32,000 bases of DNA from Methanothermus fervidus DSM 2088 (GTDB taxonomy: Archaea > Methanobacteriota > Methanobacteria > DSM-2088 > Methanothermaceae). The translations under genes were made by a program, and so were the position numbers. Shown here piece by piece: positions 1 to 9,853 of the stretch. Within the stretch, counting starts at the first letter, position 1. Each line of letters starts with the position of its first letter. The stretch lies in the NCBI GenBank assembly GCA_000166095.1, contig CP002278.1, positions 1,050,001 to 1,082,000 on the forward strand, written 5' to 3'. Below the pieces are notes generated by a model that worked only from the letters and a program-made list of their open reading frames with translations, searched no databases and had not been told where the DNA came from.

Positions 1-2
1 GG

Positions 3-1433
3 TATCTTTGTGATAATAGAGATGAAAATTTATGTAAAGATTGTTTTTCATGCTATAACAACTGCCCTCACAATGTTTATGAAATTATTAATGGTGAACC
101 ATTCCCAATATGGCATGAAAGATGTGTTGGATGTCGTATATGTGAAGAAATGTGTCCTAATAATGCAATAGAAGTTCACGCAGTACCTGAAGACAGAAGG
201 AATGTCTGGTCATATGCTGATTTAGTGGAAATACAGAGAAAAGCTGAAGAAGGAACATATAAAGTTAGAGGATGTGGAGCAACAAGAAAAGTTCCTACCT
301 TTGATGATCTTGTAATTGTACCTGCACAAGTTTCAAGGCCTCCTATAGATAAATACAGAGAACCATGTAATACCAAAGTTGTTTTAGGAGATAGGTATGC
401 TGAAAAACCTTTAGAATTAGATACTCCAATAATGATAGCCGCAATGTCCTTTGGGGCAATTAGTAAGGAAGCCAAAATAGCATTGGCAATGGGTGCAACA
501 TTGGCAGGTACAGCCACAAACACAGGCGAAGGAGGCATGTTACCTGAAGAAAGAAAATATGCTTCAAAACTTATAGCACAGTATGCATCAGGGCGTTTTG
601 GTGTATCAGCTGAATATCTCAACAATGCAGATGCTATAGAAATTAAAATAGGTCAGGGTGCAAAAGCAGGAATGGGAGGACATTTATTAGGAGAAAAGGT
701 TGTAGCTGAAGTAGCAGAGATAAGAATGATACCAGAAGGTACGGATGCCCTTAGTCCTGCAAGACATATGGATATAGTTGGACCTGAAGATCTCAGCATG
801 AAAATTTCACAACTACGAGAAATAACAGACTGGAAGGTGCCAATAATAGTTAAATTCACATCAGGGCGTGTAAGTGACGATGTAAAAATTGCTGCGAAGG
901 CAGGAGCAGATATTGTCGTCGTTGATGGTATGCAAGGAGGTACTGGAGCAGGGCCAGACGTTGTAACAGAACATGCTGGAATTCCAACAATAGCAGCTAT
1001 AGTAGAAGCAGATGAAGCTTTAAAAGAAATTAATTTAAGAGATGAAGTTAGTTTAGTTGCAGCTGGAGGTATAAGAAGCGGAGCAGATGTTGCAAAAGCT
1101 ATAGCATTGGGTGCAGATGCTGTATATATTGGAACAGCTGCATTAGTAGCTATAGGTTGTAGAGTTTGTCAAATGTGTCACACAGGCAAATGTAGAAAAG
1201 GAATTGCAACTCAAGATCCTATATTAAGAAGACGTCTAGATTATGTAGAAGGAGGAAAAAGAGTTGCAAGATATATTGAAGCAATGACAGAAGAACTCAA
1301 AATGTTAACTCAACAAGCTGGAAATACTGACGTTAGAAAATTAGAAAAAGATGATCTTAGAGCATTGAATTTAGAGGCAGCTGCGTTAACTGGTGTTAAA
1401 ATGGCTGGAATGGATGCACCACTCAAAATTTAG
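3..1433 (+). CDS. gltB: Archaeal-type glutamate synthase (4Fe-4S ferredoxin domain plus FMN-binding GltS domain), 5' partial
   Basis: The frame is open upstream of the ORF track ATG at 150. Bases 3-149 translate as YLCDNRDENLCKDCFSCYNNCPHNVYEI...WHERCVGCRICEE, continuing into MCPNNAI, giving two Cys clusters. Then IMIAAMSFGAISKEAK, GEGGMLPEER, VKFTSGRV, ADIVVVDGMQGGTGAGP and GCRVCQMCHTGKCRKGIATQ, all typical of the glutamate synthase FMN domain. Confidence 0.92.
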   Translation, partial: YLCDNRDENLCKDCFSCYNNCPHNVYEIINGEPFPIWHERCVGCRICEEMCPNNAIEVHAVPEDRRNVWSYADLVEIQRKAEEGTYKVRGCGATRKVPTFDDLVIVPAQVSRPPIDKYREPCNTKVVLGDRYAEKPLELDTPIMIAAMSFGAISKEAKIALAMGATLAGTATNTGEGGMLPEERKYASKLIAQYASGRFGVSAEYLNNADAIEIKIGQGAKAGMGGHLLGEKVVAEVAEIRMIPEGTDALSPARHMDIVGPEDLSMKISQLREITDWKVPIIVKFTSGRVSDDVKIAAKAGADIVVVDGMQGGTGAGPDVVTEHAGIPTIAAIVEADEALKEINLRDEVSLVAAGGIRSGADVAKAIALGADAVYIGTAALVAIGCRVCQMCHTGKCRKGIATQDPILRRRLDYVEGGKRVARYIEAMTEELKMLTQQAGNTDVRKLEKDDLRALNLEAAALTGVKMAGMDAPLKI

Positions 1434-2671
1434 TAAGATAATGCAAAAGAATTTTCAATTATTTTTCTTTCTACTCTACTTAAAAATATTCTCATTTTTA
1501 ACAATTTATCTATATTTGTTGAAATTGAATCTACACCCATATATATTAATTTTTCAACAATTCTTTCTTCAGTGGCTGCATACCCTGCAACACAACTTTC
1601 AACATTTCTTTCATTACATTTTTTTATAATATAAGATGCTATTTTTAAAATTGATGGATGTAAGAAATTAAACAGTTTAGCAACTTTTACCCCTCTCCTA
1701 TCAACAGCTAAAGTACACATTGTTATGTCACTGAGACCTATAGACACAAAATCAGATCCAACGTCTAAGAATTTATCTATCTGCAATGCACTTCCAGGAG
1801 TTTCTATTGATACTCCAACTTTAATATCTCTATGTGGTTTTAGGCCCATTTTATTAAGAATTGATTTGACCATTAAATATTCAGATATATCTCTCACAAA
1901 AGGTACCTTCAGAGCAATGTTTGAATAACCTTCATCAATTAACTCTATTAGAGCTTTTAACTCAGCTTTTAAAATTTCAGTTTCTTTTAGATCTCTCGTA
2001 ATACCTCTATATCCTAAAAGTGGGTTAGGTTCTTTTGGTTCTTTACTACCCTCTAAAGCTGTTAATTCATCTGTTGGTATGTCAAAAGTTCTAATCCAAA
2101 CAGGTTTTGGATAAAACGAATCAACAACTTTCCTAAGACCATCAACTAAAGTTTTTGTTAATTTTCCTTCCTTAAGGAGTTTATGAGGATGTTTTCCTGT
2201 TTCGATGACCATATTCTCTATTCTAACAGATCCAACACCATCTGCATATGGTGCTGCTCTCTCTGCTAATTCAGGTACATTAATATTAATTTTTAAATCT
2301 ATTCCTGTCTTTGGTTGTGGTAATTCTTCAATTTTTTCTTCTAATTCCATTATACCTTTATATACTCTTCCAGTTTTTCCATCTACAGTTACTATCATCC
2401 CATCTTTTAAAACTTTTGTTGCTTTCTCAGTGCCTACAATACAAGGAATTTTTAATTCTCTAAGAACAATAGCAACATGACTTGTCAATCCACCATAATC
2501 TGTAACTACTCCTGCCACCCTTTTAAGGTGAGGTATCATATCCCTAGATGCTTTCTTGACAACTACTACTTCTCCACTCTCTATTTTCCTTATATCTTCT
2601 TTTTTATGTATTTTTCTTACTCTTCCACTATTAACATATGGACTAGCTCCTATACCTTTAGTTAATATCAT
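1430..2671 (-). CDS. PEP-utilizing enzyme (swivelling phosphohistidine domain plus PEP-binding TIM barrel) without an ATP-grasp domain
   Basis: GGLTSHVAIVLRELKIPCIVG (phospho-His domain), RTFDIPTDE and NPLLGYRGI, GVSIETPGSALQIDKFLDVGSDFVSIGLSDITM; total 413 aa. Confidence 0.85.
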   Translation of the reverse strand: MILTKGIGASPYVNSGRVRKIHKKEDIRKIESGEVVVVKKASRDMIPHLKRVAGVVTDYGGLTSHVAIVLRELKIPCIVGTEKATKVLKDGMIVTVDGKTGRVYKGIMELEEKIEELPQPKTGIDLKININVPELAERAAPYADGVGSVRIENMVIETGKHPHKLLKEGKLTKTLVDGLRKVVDSFYPKPVWIRTFDIPTDELTALEGSKEPKEPNPLLGYRGITRDLKETEILKAELKALIELIDEGYSNIALKVPFVRDISEYLMVKSILNKMGLKPHRDIKVGVSIETPGSALQIDKFLDVGSDFVSIGLSDITMCTLAVDRRGVKVAKLFNFLHPSILKIASYIIKKCNERNVESCVAGYAATEERIVEKLIYMGVDSISTNIDKLLKMRIFLSRVERKIIENSFALSY

Positions 2672-2849
2672 ATTATACCTCTTCTAATTCTAAATTATCA
2701 ACAAAAACGTAATTTTTATTTTCAAATTTATATATATTTATTCACATGAAAAATAATTGATGAAGAAAAAACTATTTTTTCCTAAATTAATAATGAAAAA
2801 TTAATTTTTCGTTAAAATTATATACTAAAACTGAAAAAAATAATTAAAG

Positions 2850-3848
2850 GTGGTTAAAATGCCAAGATTTAGCACCTGGAAACTTAAATTAAGGATGTTC
2901 TTAGCAGTGGCAATATTATTTGGAATCCTGTATGCATTGTTAAGCGTAATTGGAATTTACGCCGGAATCAAAAGTCCTTTAATATATATCCTACTAGCTT
3001 TATTCATAGTGTTTATCCAATACTTAATATCTCCAAAAATTGTTGAAATGGGCATGAACATACATTATGTTTCTCCACAAGAAGCTCCAGAATTACATTC
3101 AATTGTTGAAGAATTAGCAAGGAATGCTGGAATTCCAAAACCTAAAGTTGGAATAGCCGAAATATCAATACCAAATGCGTTTGCATTTGGAAGAAGTAAA
3201 AGAGATGGAAGGGTCTGCGTAACACGAGGTATATTGAATCTACTAGATAAAGAAGAATTAAAAGCAGTTTTAGGCCATGAAATATCACATATAAGACACA
3301 ATGACATGATAGTAATGACTTTTATCAGTGTAGTACCACTAATATGTTATTGGATATTCCAAAGTATGTACTGGGGAAGTCTAATGGACAGGGACAGAGG
3401 TTCCTCATTAGCAATAATTGGAATTCTAGCTTTCATTGCATACATGATAGGACAGCTCTTAGTACTCTTTGTCTCAAGAATTAGAGAATATTATGCAGAT
3501 TTAGGAAGTGTGGAAATTGGTGGAAAACCACATAAACTAGCAAGTGCATTATATAAATTAGTTTATGGGTCAGCAGTCGTAAGTAAAGAAAACAAAGAAG
3601 AAGTAAATCAAGTTTCTGGATTTAAAGCTTTCTTTTTAAATGATATTAATCAGGCAGGACATGAAATAAAAGATCTAAAACAAGTTGACATGGACATGAA
3701 TGGTACAATAAGCAGGGAAGAGCTCGAGAGGCTTAGATACACTCCCGTAAAAATAGGTCTAACAGAGAAAATACTAGAAATCTTTTCAACACATCCTAAC
3801 ACCTTAAAAAGGATTAAAAGATTGTCCGAATTAACAACGTCTGTTTAA
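2850..3848 (+). CDS. htpX: HtpX-like M48 family membrane zinc metalloprotease
   Basis: N-terminal TM segments, HEISHIRHND (HExxH), SRIREYYADLGSVEI, C-terminal STHPNTLKRIKRL; SD AAAGGTGG upstream. Confidence 0.9.
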   Translation: MVKMPRFSTWKLKLRMFLAVAILFGILYALLSVIGIYAGIKSPLIYILLALFIVFIQYLISPKIVEMGMNIHYVSPQEAPELHSIVEELARNAGIPKPKVGIAEISIPNAFAFGRSKRDGRVCVTRGILNLLDKEELKAVLGHEISHIRHNDMIVMTFISVVPLICYWIFQSMYWGSLMDRDRGSSLAIIGILAFIAYMIGQLLVLFVSRIREYYADLGSVEIGGKPHKLASALYKLVYGSAVVSKENKEEVNQVSGFKAFFLNDINQAGHEIKDLKQVDMDMNGTISREELERLRYTPVKIGLTEKILEIFSTHPNTLKRIKRLSELTTSV

Positions 3849-4458
3849 CTACACCAATGACATTTGAACGTGGTAGCCATGTATTAAGAGGAGTTTCAGT
3901 GATAACTTCGTTTGGTAAATAAATTTTTTTAACAGACTTATTATCACTAACTAAATATACCATATCTCCTTCTATCTTACCAACTCTCTTAACAATAAGG
4001 CCATAAACCGGATGTTTAGCTATTACAATGTCCCCCACTTTAAAATCTTTTGTTTTTACCGCAATGATTTCTTGTCCATTTTTTAATGTTGGATACATGG
4101 AATCTCCACTTACTATGGCAAACATTGGCAATTTGTCTTCACCAAATTGAGATATTATCTTAACATTCACATCTTTATACCCATATTTTTCCGCAATGTT
4201 TTTAACATTTTCTTTTATGGATTCAACGGTACTGTCAGGATCATAAATTGCTGCTGAAACATAATTAGATATTTCATGTAACATTTCAGGAGGGGGAGGA
4301 TTGATGAAAAAATTGGATATTTTTATATCTGATGTTGTTCCATTTGTCTCTATTATTATATTTAGACGATGAAAACTCATATCCTGGAAATTATCACTTG
4401 CAAAACCTATCAAAAATAATATAAGTAGGAATATACCAATCCACAAGATTTTTTTCAA
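3814..4458 (-). CDS. Signal peptidase I-like S26/S24 family protein
   Basis: N-terminal TM; VSGDSMYPTLKNGQEIIAV (Ser motif), KVGDIVIAKHPVYGLIVKRVGKIEGD (Lys motif), YLVSDN. Confidence 0.75.
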   Translation of the reverse strand: MKKILWIGIFLLILFLIGFASDNFQDMSFHRLNIIIETNGTTSDIKISNFFINPPPPEMLHEISNYVSAAIYDPDSTVESIKENVKNIAEKYGYKDVNVKIISQFGEDKLPMFAIVSGDSMYPTLKNGQEIIAVKTKDFKVGDIVIAKHPVYGLIVKRVGKIEGDMVYLVSDNKSVKKIYLPNEVITETPLNTWLPRSNVIGVVKQTLLIRTIF

Positions 4459-4462
4459 GGCC

Positions 4463-5137
4463 TCACCTCACTTCAAAAATTTTAATTAAAGACCTCGTTG
4501 TTTTAATATCAAGTTGTCCCGGAGCTGTTTTTATATTTCCACTAGCAAATGTAATTGGAGAGCCAAAAAGATGAGCTACTACACGAGTAAATTTTCCTAA
4601 TTCACCCATAGCAATACCAATCACATTTTTTTCTTTATTCATTACTTTTAGCAATGTAAGAACGTCGTCCATATTTTTAGGCATTACAGCAACCTTTGCA
4701 ATATCTCCAATTTTTTTCTCTTTTTTAATAATTTTTATTAATTTATTTTCACTAGGAGTTTTTTCAAAATCATGAAATGATATTATGCTTTTATTTGAAA
4801 CCTCTATAACTCTATTTCTATACTTATCCTTCGTAGATAATTCAATATCTGTGTAATCTGCATATTTTGCTGCAGTGGAAAGTAATTTTATTCTATCAAC
4901 TTCCTTTCCTCTAAAATATCCACCTTCTTTTCTACACCGGTTAGTTACTATACTTGGAAAATCTACATTCTTCATAAGTTTTTTAATGTCATCCACACTA
5001 GGGTTTCTCAATGCATCTAATCTAAGTTCTATTATGTCTGCTCCTTCTTCAATATATTGTTTAGCAGATTCCAACATTTTATCTATATTTTCTTCAAATG
5101 CAGGCACACAAATTTTTATTTTCATCTTAAACCCCAT
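4463..5137 (-). CDS. aroD: 3-dehydroquinate dehydratase, type I
   Basis: ADIIELRLDALRNP, FPSIVTNRCRKEGGYF, VIISFHDFEKTP, KIAVMPKNMDD, PITFASGNIKTAPGQLDI; matches type I DHQase motifs. Confidence 0.9.
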   Translation of the reverse strand: MGFKMKIKICVPAFEENIDKMLESAKQYIEEGADIIELRLDALRNPSVDDIKKLMKNVDFPSIVTNRCRKEGGYFRGKEVDRIKLLSTAAKYADYTDIELSTKDKYRNRVIEVSNKSIISFHDFEKTPSENKLIKIIKKEKKIGDIAKVAVMPKNMDDVLTLLKVMNKEKNVIGIAMGELGKFTRVVAHLFGSPITFASGNIKTAPGQLDIKTTRSLIKIFEVR

Positions 5138-5181
5138 ATTTTTTAATTTTTTACATTACTTACAATTTTATTTTTGATATG

Positions 5182-5197
5182 TTTTCGGATCCGAAAA
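5182..5197. promoter_or_regulatory. Perfect 16-bp palindrome TTTTCGGATCCGAAAA just upstream of a TATA-like box
   Basis: Read directly from sequence; followed by TTTATATATG (from about 5199). Confidence 0.5.
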
Positions 5198-5229
5198 ATT
5201 TATATATGAGTAAAATTAATTATCGATAT

Positions 5230-5249
5230 GTCGGAATGAGGTTTCCGAC
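5230..5249. promoter_or_regulatory. NrpR-like operator upstream of amt-glnK
   Basis: GTCGGAA-TGAGGT-TTCCGAC: perfect 7-bp arms around a 6-nt spacer, containing GGAA-N6-TTCC, the known methanogen NrpR operator consensus; about 30 bp downstream of a TATA-like box and 30 bp upstream of the amt start. Confidence 0.75.
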
Positions 5250-5278
5250 TTCCATGAAATAGTTGGAGGTGTTAAAAA

Positions 5279-6497
5279 ATGGATCCAATAAATGCAGGTG
5301 ATACTGCTTGGATGCTTGTATCTACAGCTTTAGTGTTGCTAATGACAGTTCCAGGGGTAGCAATATTCTATGCAGGACTAGTAAGAAAAGAAAATGTATT
5401 AAACACAATATTTATGTCGTTTATTGCATTTGCAATAACAAGCATTATATGGGTAATTTATGGATTCCCACTGGCTTTTGGCCAAGACATAAATGGAATA
5501 ATAGGAGCTCCAGTAAATATTTTGACGAATGGTCTTAACACCAATTCAACACACACTTGCACCTACAATACCTGCATTTATCTACATAGCATTTCAATTG
5601 ACTTTTGCAGCAATAACAGTGGCATTAATATCCGGTGCAGTTGTAGAAAGAATGAAATTTTCAGCATGGATGATATTCGTAGCATTATGGGTAAGCCTCG
5701 TCTACGTACCAATAGCACATTGGGTCTGGGGCGGAGGATTCCTATCAAAATTAGGTGCACTTGACTTTGCAGGAGGTACTGTAGTACATATAAATTCAGG
5801 TATTGCAGCTCTAGCGCTAGCATTATTACTAGGTAAAAGGAAGGATACAAGGTTGTTACCTCATCACCTTGGATATGCAGCAATAGGTGCTGCACTACTA
5901 TGGTTTGGATGGTTTGGATTTAATGCAGGGTCAGCGTTGACAGCAGGTGGACTTGCAGCATCAGCATTTTTAGTAACTAATACAGCAACTGCAGCTGCAA
6001 TGATTTCATGGGTAATTTTAGATTACCTAAAAACAGGTAAACCAACATTACTAGGGGCATTGTCAGGTATAGTAGCAGGTCTTGTAGCTATAACACCAGC
6101 TGCAGGTTTCGTTACAGTTCCAGCAGCTATCATAATAGGTTTAGTTACAAGTGTATTCTCATACTTTGCAGTGTCTTACCTCAAACCAAAGCTAGGATAC
6201 GACGATGCACTTGATGTATTTGGTATACATGGTGTTTCAGGTATATGGGGATCAATAGCAACAGGTCTGTTTGCAGCTCCATTCATAAACCCATTAGGTA
6301 AAGGACTGTTCTACGGTAATCCAAGTCAAGTGCTTATACAACTTTTAGCTGTAGCAACTGTACTTGTATATTCCTTTGTAGTTACTTTAATAATAGGTAA
6401 ATTAATAGACATAACCATAGGACTACGTGTATCTGAAAAAGAAGAAATAGAAGGACTAGATACAAACCTCCATGAAGAAACCGGATACAGATTATGA
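5279..6497 (+). CDS. amt: Ammonium transporter, interrupted by one frameshift near 5530-5560
   Basis: 5279-5764 frame gives [41 protein letters not shown]; 5529-6497 frame gives [31 protein letters not shown]...AHWVWGGG...[14 protein letters not shown]. Each is one part of an Amt protein. Confidence 0.9.
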
Positions 6498-6528
6498 TTT
6501 GTTTGAGTAAATGTAGGTGGTATTATAA

Positions 6529-6874
<346 letters not shown>

Positions 6875-6918
6875 CATTTATTTAATTTTTTATTAAAAAA
6901 TGAAGGAGGTCAGGAAAA

Positions 6919-8247
6919 ATGGCCACAATCGAAGAAATAATAAAAAAAATAGAAGAAAATGATATTAAATTTCTTAGACTCCAATTTGTAGACATTCATG
7001 GAAATTTCAAAAACCTGGCAGTTCCAATTAACAAGCCTGATGACGTAGAAGACATTGTTAAAGACGGTGTATTGTTTGATGGATCATCAATTGAAGGATT
7101 CGTTGAAATAAATGAAAGTGATTTGCTTTTAAAACCAGATATAGACACATTTTCAACCCTTCCATGGAGACCTGAAGAAAAAGGAGTTGCTAGATTTATT
7201 TGCGATGTATATTGGCCTGAAGGAAAACCATTTGATGGAGATCCCAGAGGCAGACTAAAAAGAGTCTTAGAAGAATATAGGAAAAAAGAAGGGTATGAAT
7301 ATAATGTTGGACCCGAACCAGAATTTTACATTGTGAAAAAAAATGAAAATGGAGAAATAGTTCCTTGTGATGATGCAACATATTTCGATGTTGAACCAGC
7401 AGATAAAGCTACAGACATAAGAAGAGAACTAGTACTTGCCTTAGAGAAATTAAATTTTGATATAGAAATGAGCCATCATGAAGTCGGTCCTGGACAACAT
7501 GAAATCGATTTTAGATTTGATAATGCATTAAAGACTGCTGACGCAGTCATGACATTTAAACAAGCAATAAAAGCAATTGTACATAAAATGGGTTACATTG
7601 TTACTTTCATGCCAAAACCATTCCAAGGAGAAAATGGAAGTGGTATGCATTGTCACCAATCATTGTTCAAAAAAGGTGAAAACATATTTTATGATCCAGA
7701 TACTCCAACAAAATTGTCAGAAACTGCATTTTACTTCATAGGAGGTTTACTAGAACATGCAAAAGCACTAGCAGCTGTATGTGCACCTACAGTTAATTCC
7801 TATAAGAGATTAGTTCCTGGATATGAGGCACCTGTTTACATTTCATATGGATTCAAAAACAGGTCAGCATTAATCAGAGTACCAGCAGCAAGAGGAAAAG
7901 CAACACGTATAGAATTCAGACTTCCTGATCCATCATGTAACCCATACCTTGCGTTTGTTGCCATGCTTGAAGCTGGTATGGATGGTATTAAAAATAAAAT
8001 AGATCCTGGCGATCCTGTTGATCTTAATATTTATAAGCTTAGTGAAGATGAACTTAAAAAATTGGGTATAGATGTCCTACCTTCCAGTCTTTGGGAAGCA
8101 TATCATGCATTAGAAGAAGATGAAGTTGTCAGCTCAGCTTTAGGTGAATACATATATGAGAAATTCTATTCCTTCAAGAAGAAAGAATGGGATGACTACA
8201 GATCCCAAGTATTTAAATATGAAATAGATAGGTACCTAAACATTTAA
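6919..8247 (+). CDS. glnA: Glutamine synthetase type I
   Basis: [75 protein letters not shown]; SD GGAGGT. Confidence 0.97.
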   Translation: MATIEEIIKKIEENDIKFLRLQFVDIHGNFKNLAVPINKPDDVEDIVKDGVLFDGSSIEGFVEINESDLLLKPDIDTFSTLPWRPEEKGVARFICDVYWPEGKPFDGDPRGRLKRVLEEYRKKEGYEYNVGPEPEFYIVKKNENGEIVPCDDATYFDVEPADKATDIRRELVLALEKLNFDIEMSHHEVGPGQHEIDFRFDNALKTADAVMTFKQAIKAIVHKMGYIVTFMPKPFQGENGSGMHCHQSLFKKGENIFYDPDTPTKLSETAFYFIGGLLEHAKALAAVCAPTVNSYKRLVPGYEAPVYISYGFKNRSALIRVPAARGKATRIEFRLPDPSCNPYLAFVAMLEAGMDGIKNKIDPGDPVDLNIYKLSEDELKKLGIDVLPSSLWEAYHALEEDEVVSSALGEYIYEKFYSFKKKEWDDYRSQVFKYEIDRYLNI

Positions 8248-8331
8248 TTTTTTGTCTTTTTCTTTTTTTCTTTTTTTAATTTGTTAACACATCCTAAATA
8301 AATTTAGCCATGTCTAACTCGGAAGTATCAA

Positions 8332-9741
8332 ATGGATCTAAAAAATCTATTTAGAAAAAAATCTTCCGAACTAATTATCAAGGAAACCGAAGCAAAAGAA
8401 CATAAATTAAAAAAGGCATTAAGCGTATATGACTTGATCGCATTAGGTATTGGTGCAATTATTGGAAGTGGTATATATGTAGTTACTGGCATTGCAGCTG
8501 TCAAAGCAGGTCCAGCAGTTATATTATCATTTATTTTAGCAGCAATAGCATGTGCATTTGCTGCAGTTTCTTATGCTGAACTGGCATCAATGTTTCCAAT
8601 TACAGGTTCAACATACAATTATGCCTATGTTGCAATGGGAGAATTTTTTGCGTGGATTATAGGCTGGGATTTAATACTTGAATATGTTTTTTGCTTACCA
8701 GCTGTTGCAGTGGGATGGTCAGGATACTTCACAAATTTATTAGCCAGTGTTGGAATAAATATTCCTAATTATTTAGCCAATTCTTTTTTACAAGCACCTA
8801 ATGGATTTATCAATGTTCCAGCGATTGGAATATTGTTATTTATCGCTATATTAAATTATATTGGTGTAAGAAGAGTTGCTAGTAGTAACAACCTGATGGT
8901 AGCACTTAAAATTTTAGTGCTTCTATTCTTTGTTTTTATTGCTGTTTGGCATGTAAAACCAATTAATTGGCACCCATTTATGCCATTTGGTTGGCAGGGA
9001 GTACTAGCAGGTGCAGCAATTGCATTTTATGCTTTCATAGGTTTTGATGCAGTATCTACAGCTGCTGAAGAAACAAAAAATCCTGGCAGAGACATGCCAG
9101 CAGGAATTCTTGGATCTCTAGGAATCAGTACTTTATTATATATTGCAGTCTCAATTGTTCTAACAGGTATAGTGTCTTACACTAAACTAAATAATCCAGC
9201 CCCTATTGCAGAAGCCTTAAAAATAATAGGCATGAACTGGGCATGTGGATTAATTTCATTGGGAGCCTTAGTAGCAATCACAAGTGTATTAATTGTTATG
9301 TTCTATGGTGCAACGAGAATTATATTTGCAATTTCCAGAGATGGTCTACTACCTCCAATTTTTTCTAAAGTTCATAAAAAATACAGGACCCCAAGCATAT
9401 CTATAGCTTTAATTGCAATTGTAACAATGTTGACAGCCGGGTTCTTACCAATAAACATAATTGTAGAATTTGTGAATATAGGGACGATGCTAGCATTTGT
9501 TCTCACATCCCTCAGTGTAATAGTGTTAAGATATACCCAACCTGACCTACCAAGGAAATTCAAAGCACCTGGTGTACCAGTGGTACCTATTTTGGCAATA
9601 ATTTCAATGCTCTTGCTTATGATGTCTCTTTCATGGGAAACATGGGTCAGACTTGTTGTGTGGTTTATAATAGGACTATTTGTGTATTTTGGATATGGAA
9701 GACACCGTAGTATATTAGCAAAAAACAATGAACAAGAATAA
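8332..9741 (+). CDS. APC family amino acid permease
   Basis: ALSVYDLIALGIGAIIGSGIYVVTGIAA, GFDAVSTAAEETKNPGRDMPAGI, multiple TM segments, 469 aa. Confidence 0.9.
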   Translation: MDLKNLFRKKSSELIIKETEAKEHKLKKALSVYDLIALGIGAIIGSGIYVVTGIAAVKAGPAVILSFILAAIACAFAAVSYAELASMFPITGSTYNYAYVAMGEFFAWIIGWDLILEYVFCLPAVAVGWSGYFTNLLASVGINIPNYLANSFLQAPNGFINVPAIGILLFIAILNYIGVRRVASSNNLMVALKILVLLFFVFIAVWHVKPINWHPFMPFGWQGVLAGAAIAFYAFIGFDAVSTAAEETKNPGRDMPAGILGSLGISTLLYIAVSIVLTGIVSYTKLNNPAPIAEALKIIGMNWACGLISLGALVAITSVLIVMFYGATRIIFAISRDGLLPPIFSKVHKKYRTPSISIALIAIVTMLTAGFLPINIIVEFVNIGTMLAFVLTSLSVIVLRYTQPDLPRKFKAPGVPVVPILAIISMLLLMMSLSWETWVRLVVWFIIGLFVYFGYGRHRSILAKNNEQE

Positions 9742-9853
9742 AAAAATTGTTTTTTCTACTTTTTTTATTTTTTAATTTTTTACTTAATAAGAGAAAGATT
9801 ATATATTAAAAAATTACTTTTTATTATTAACCAAGCTTTTGGAGGATGGAAAG

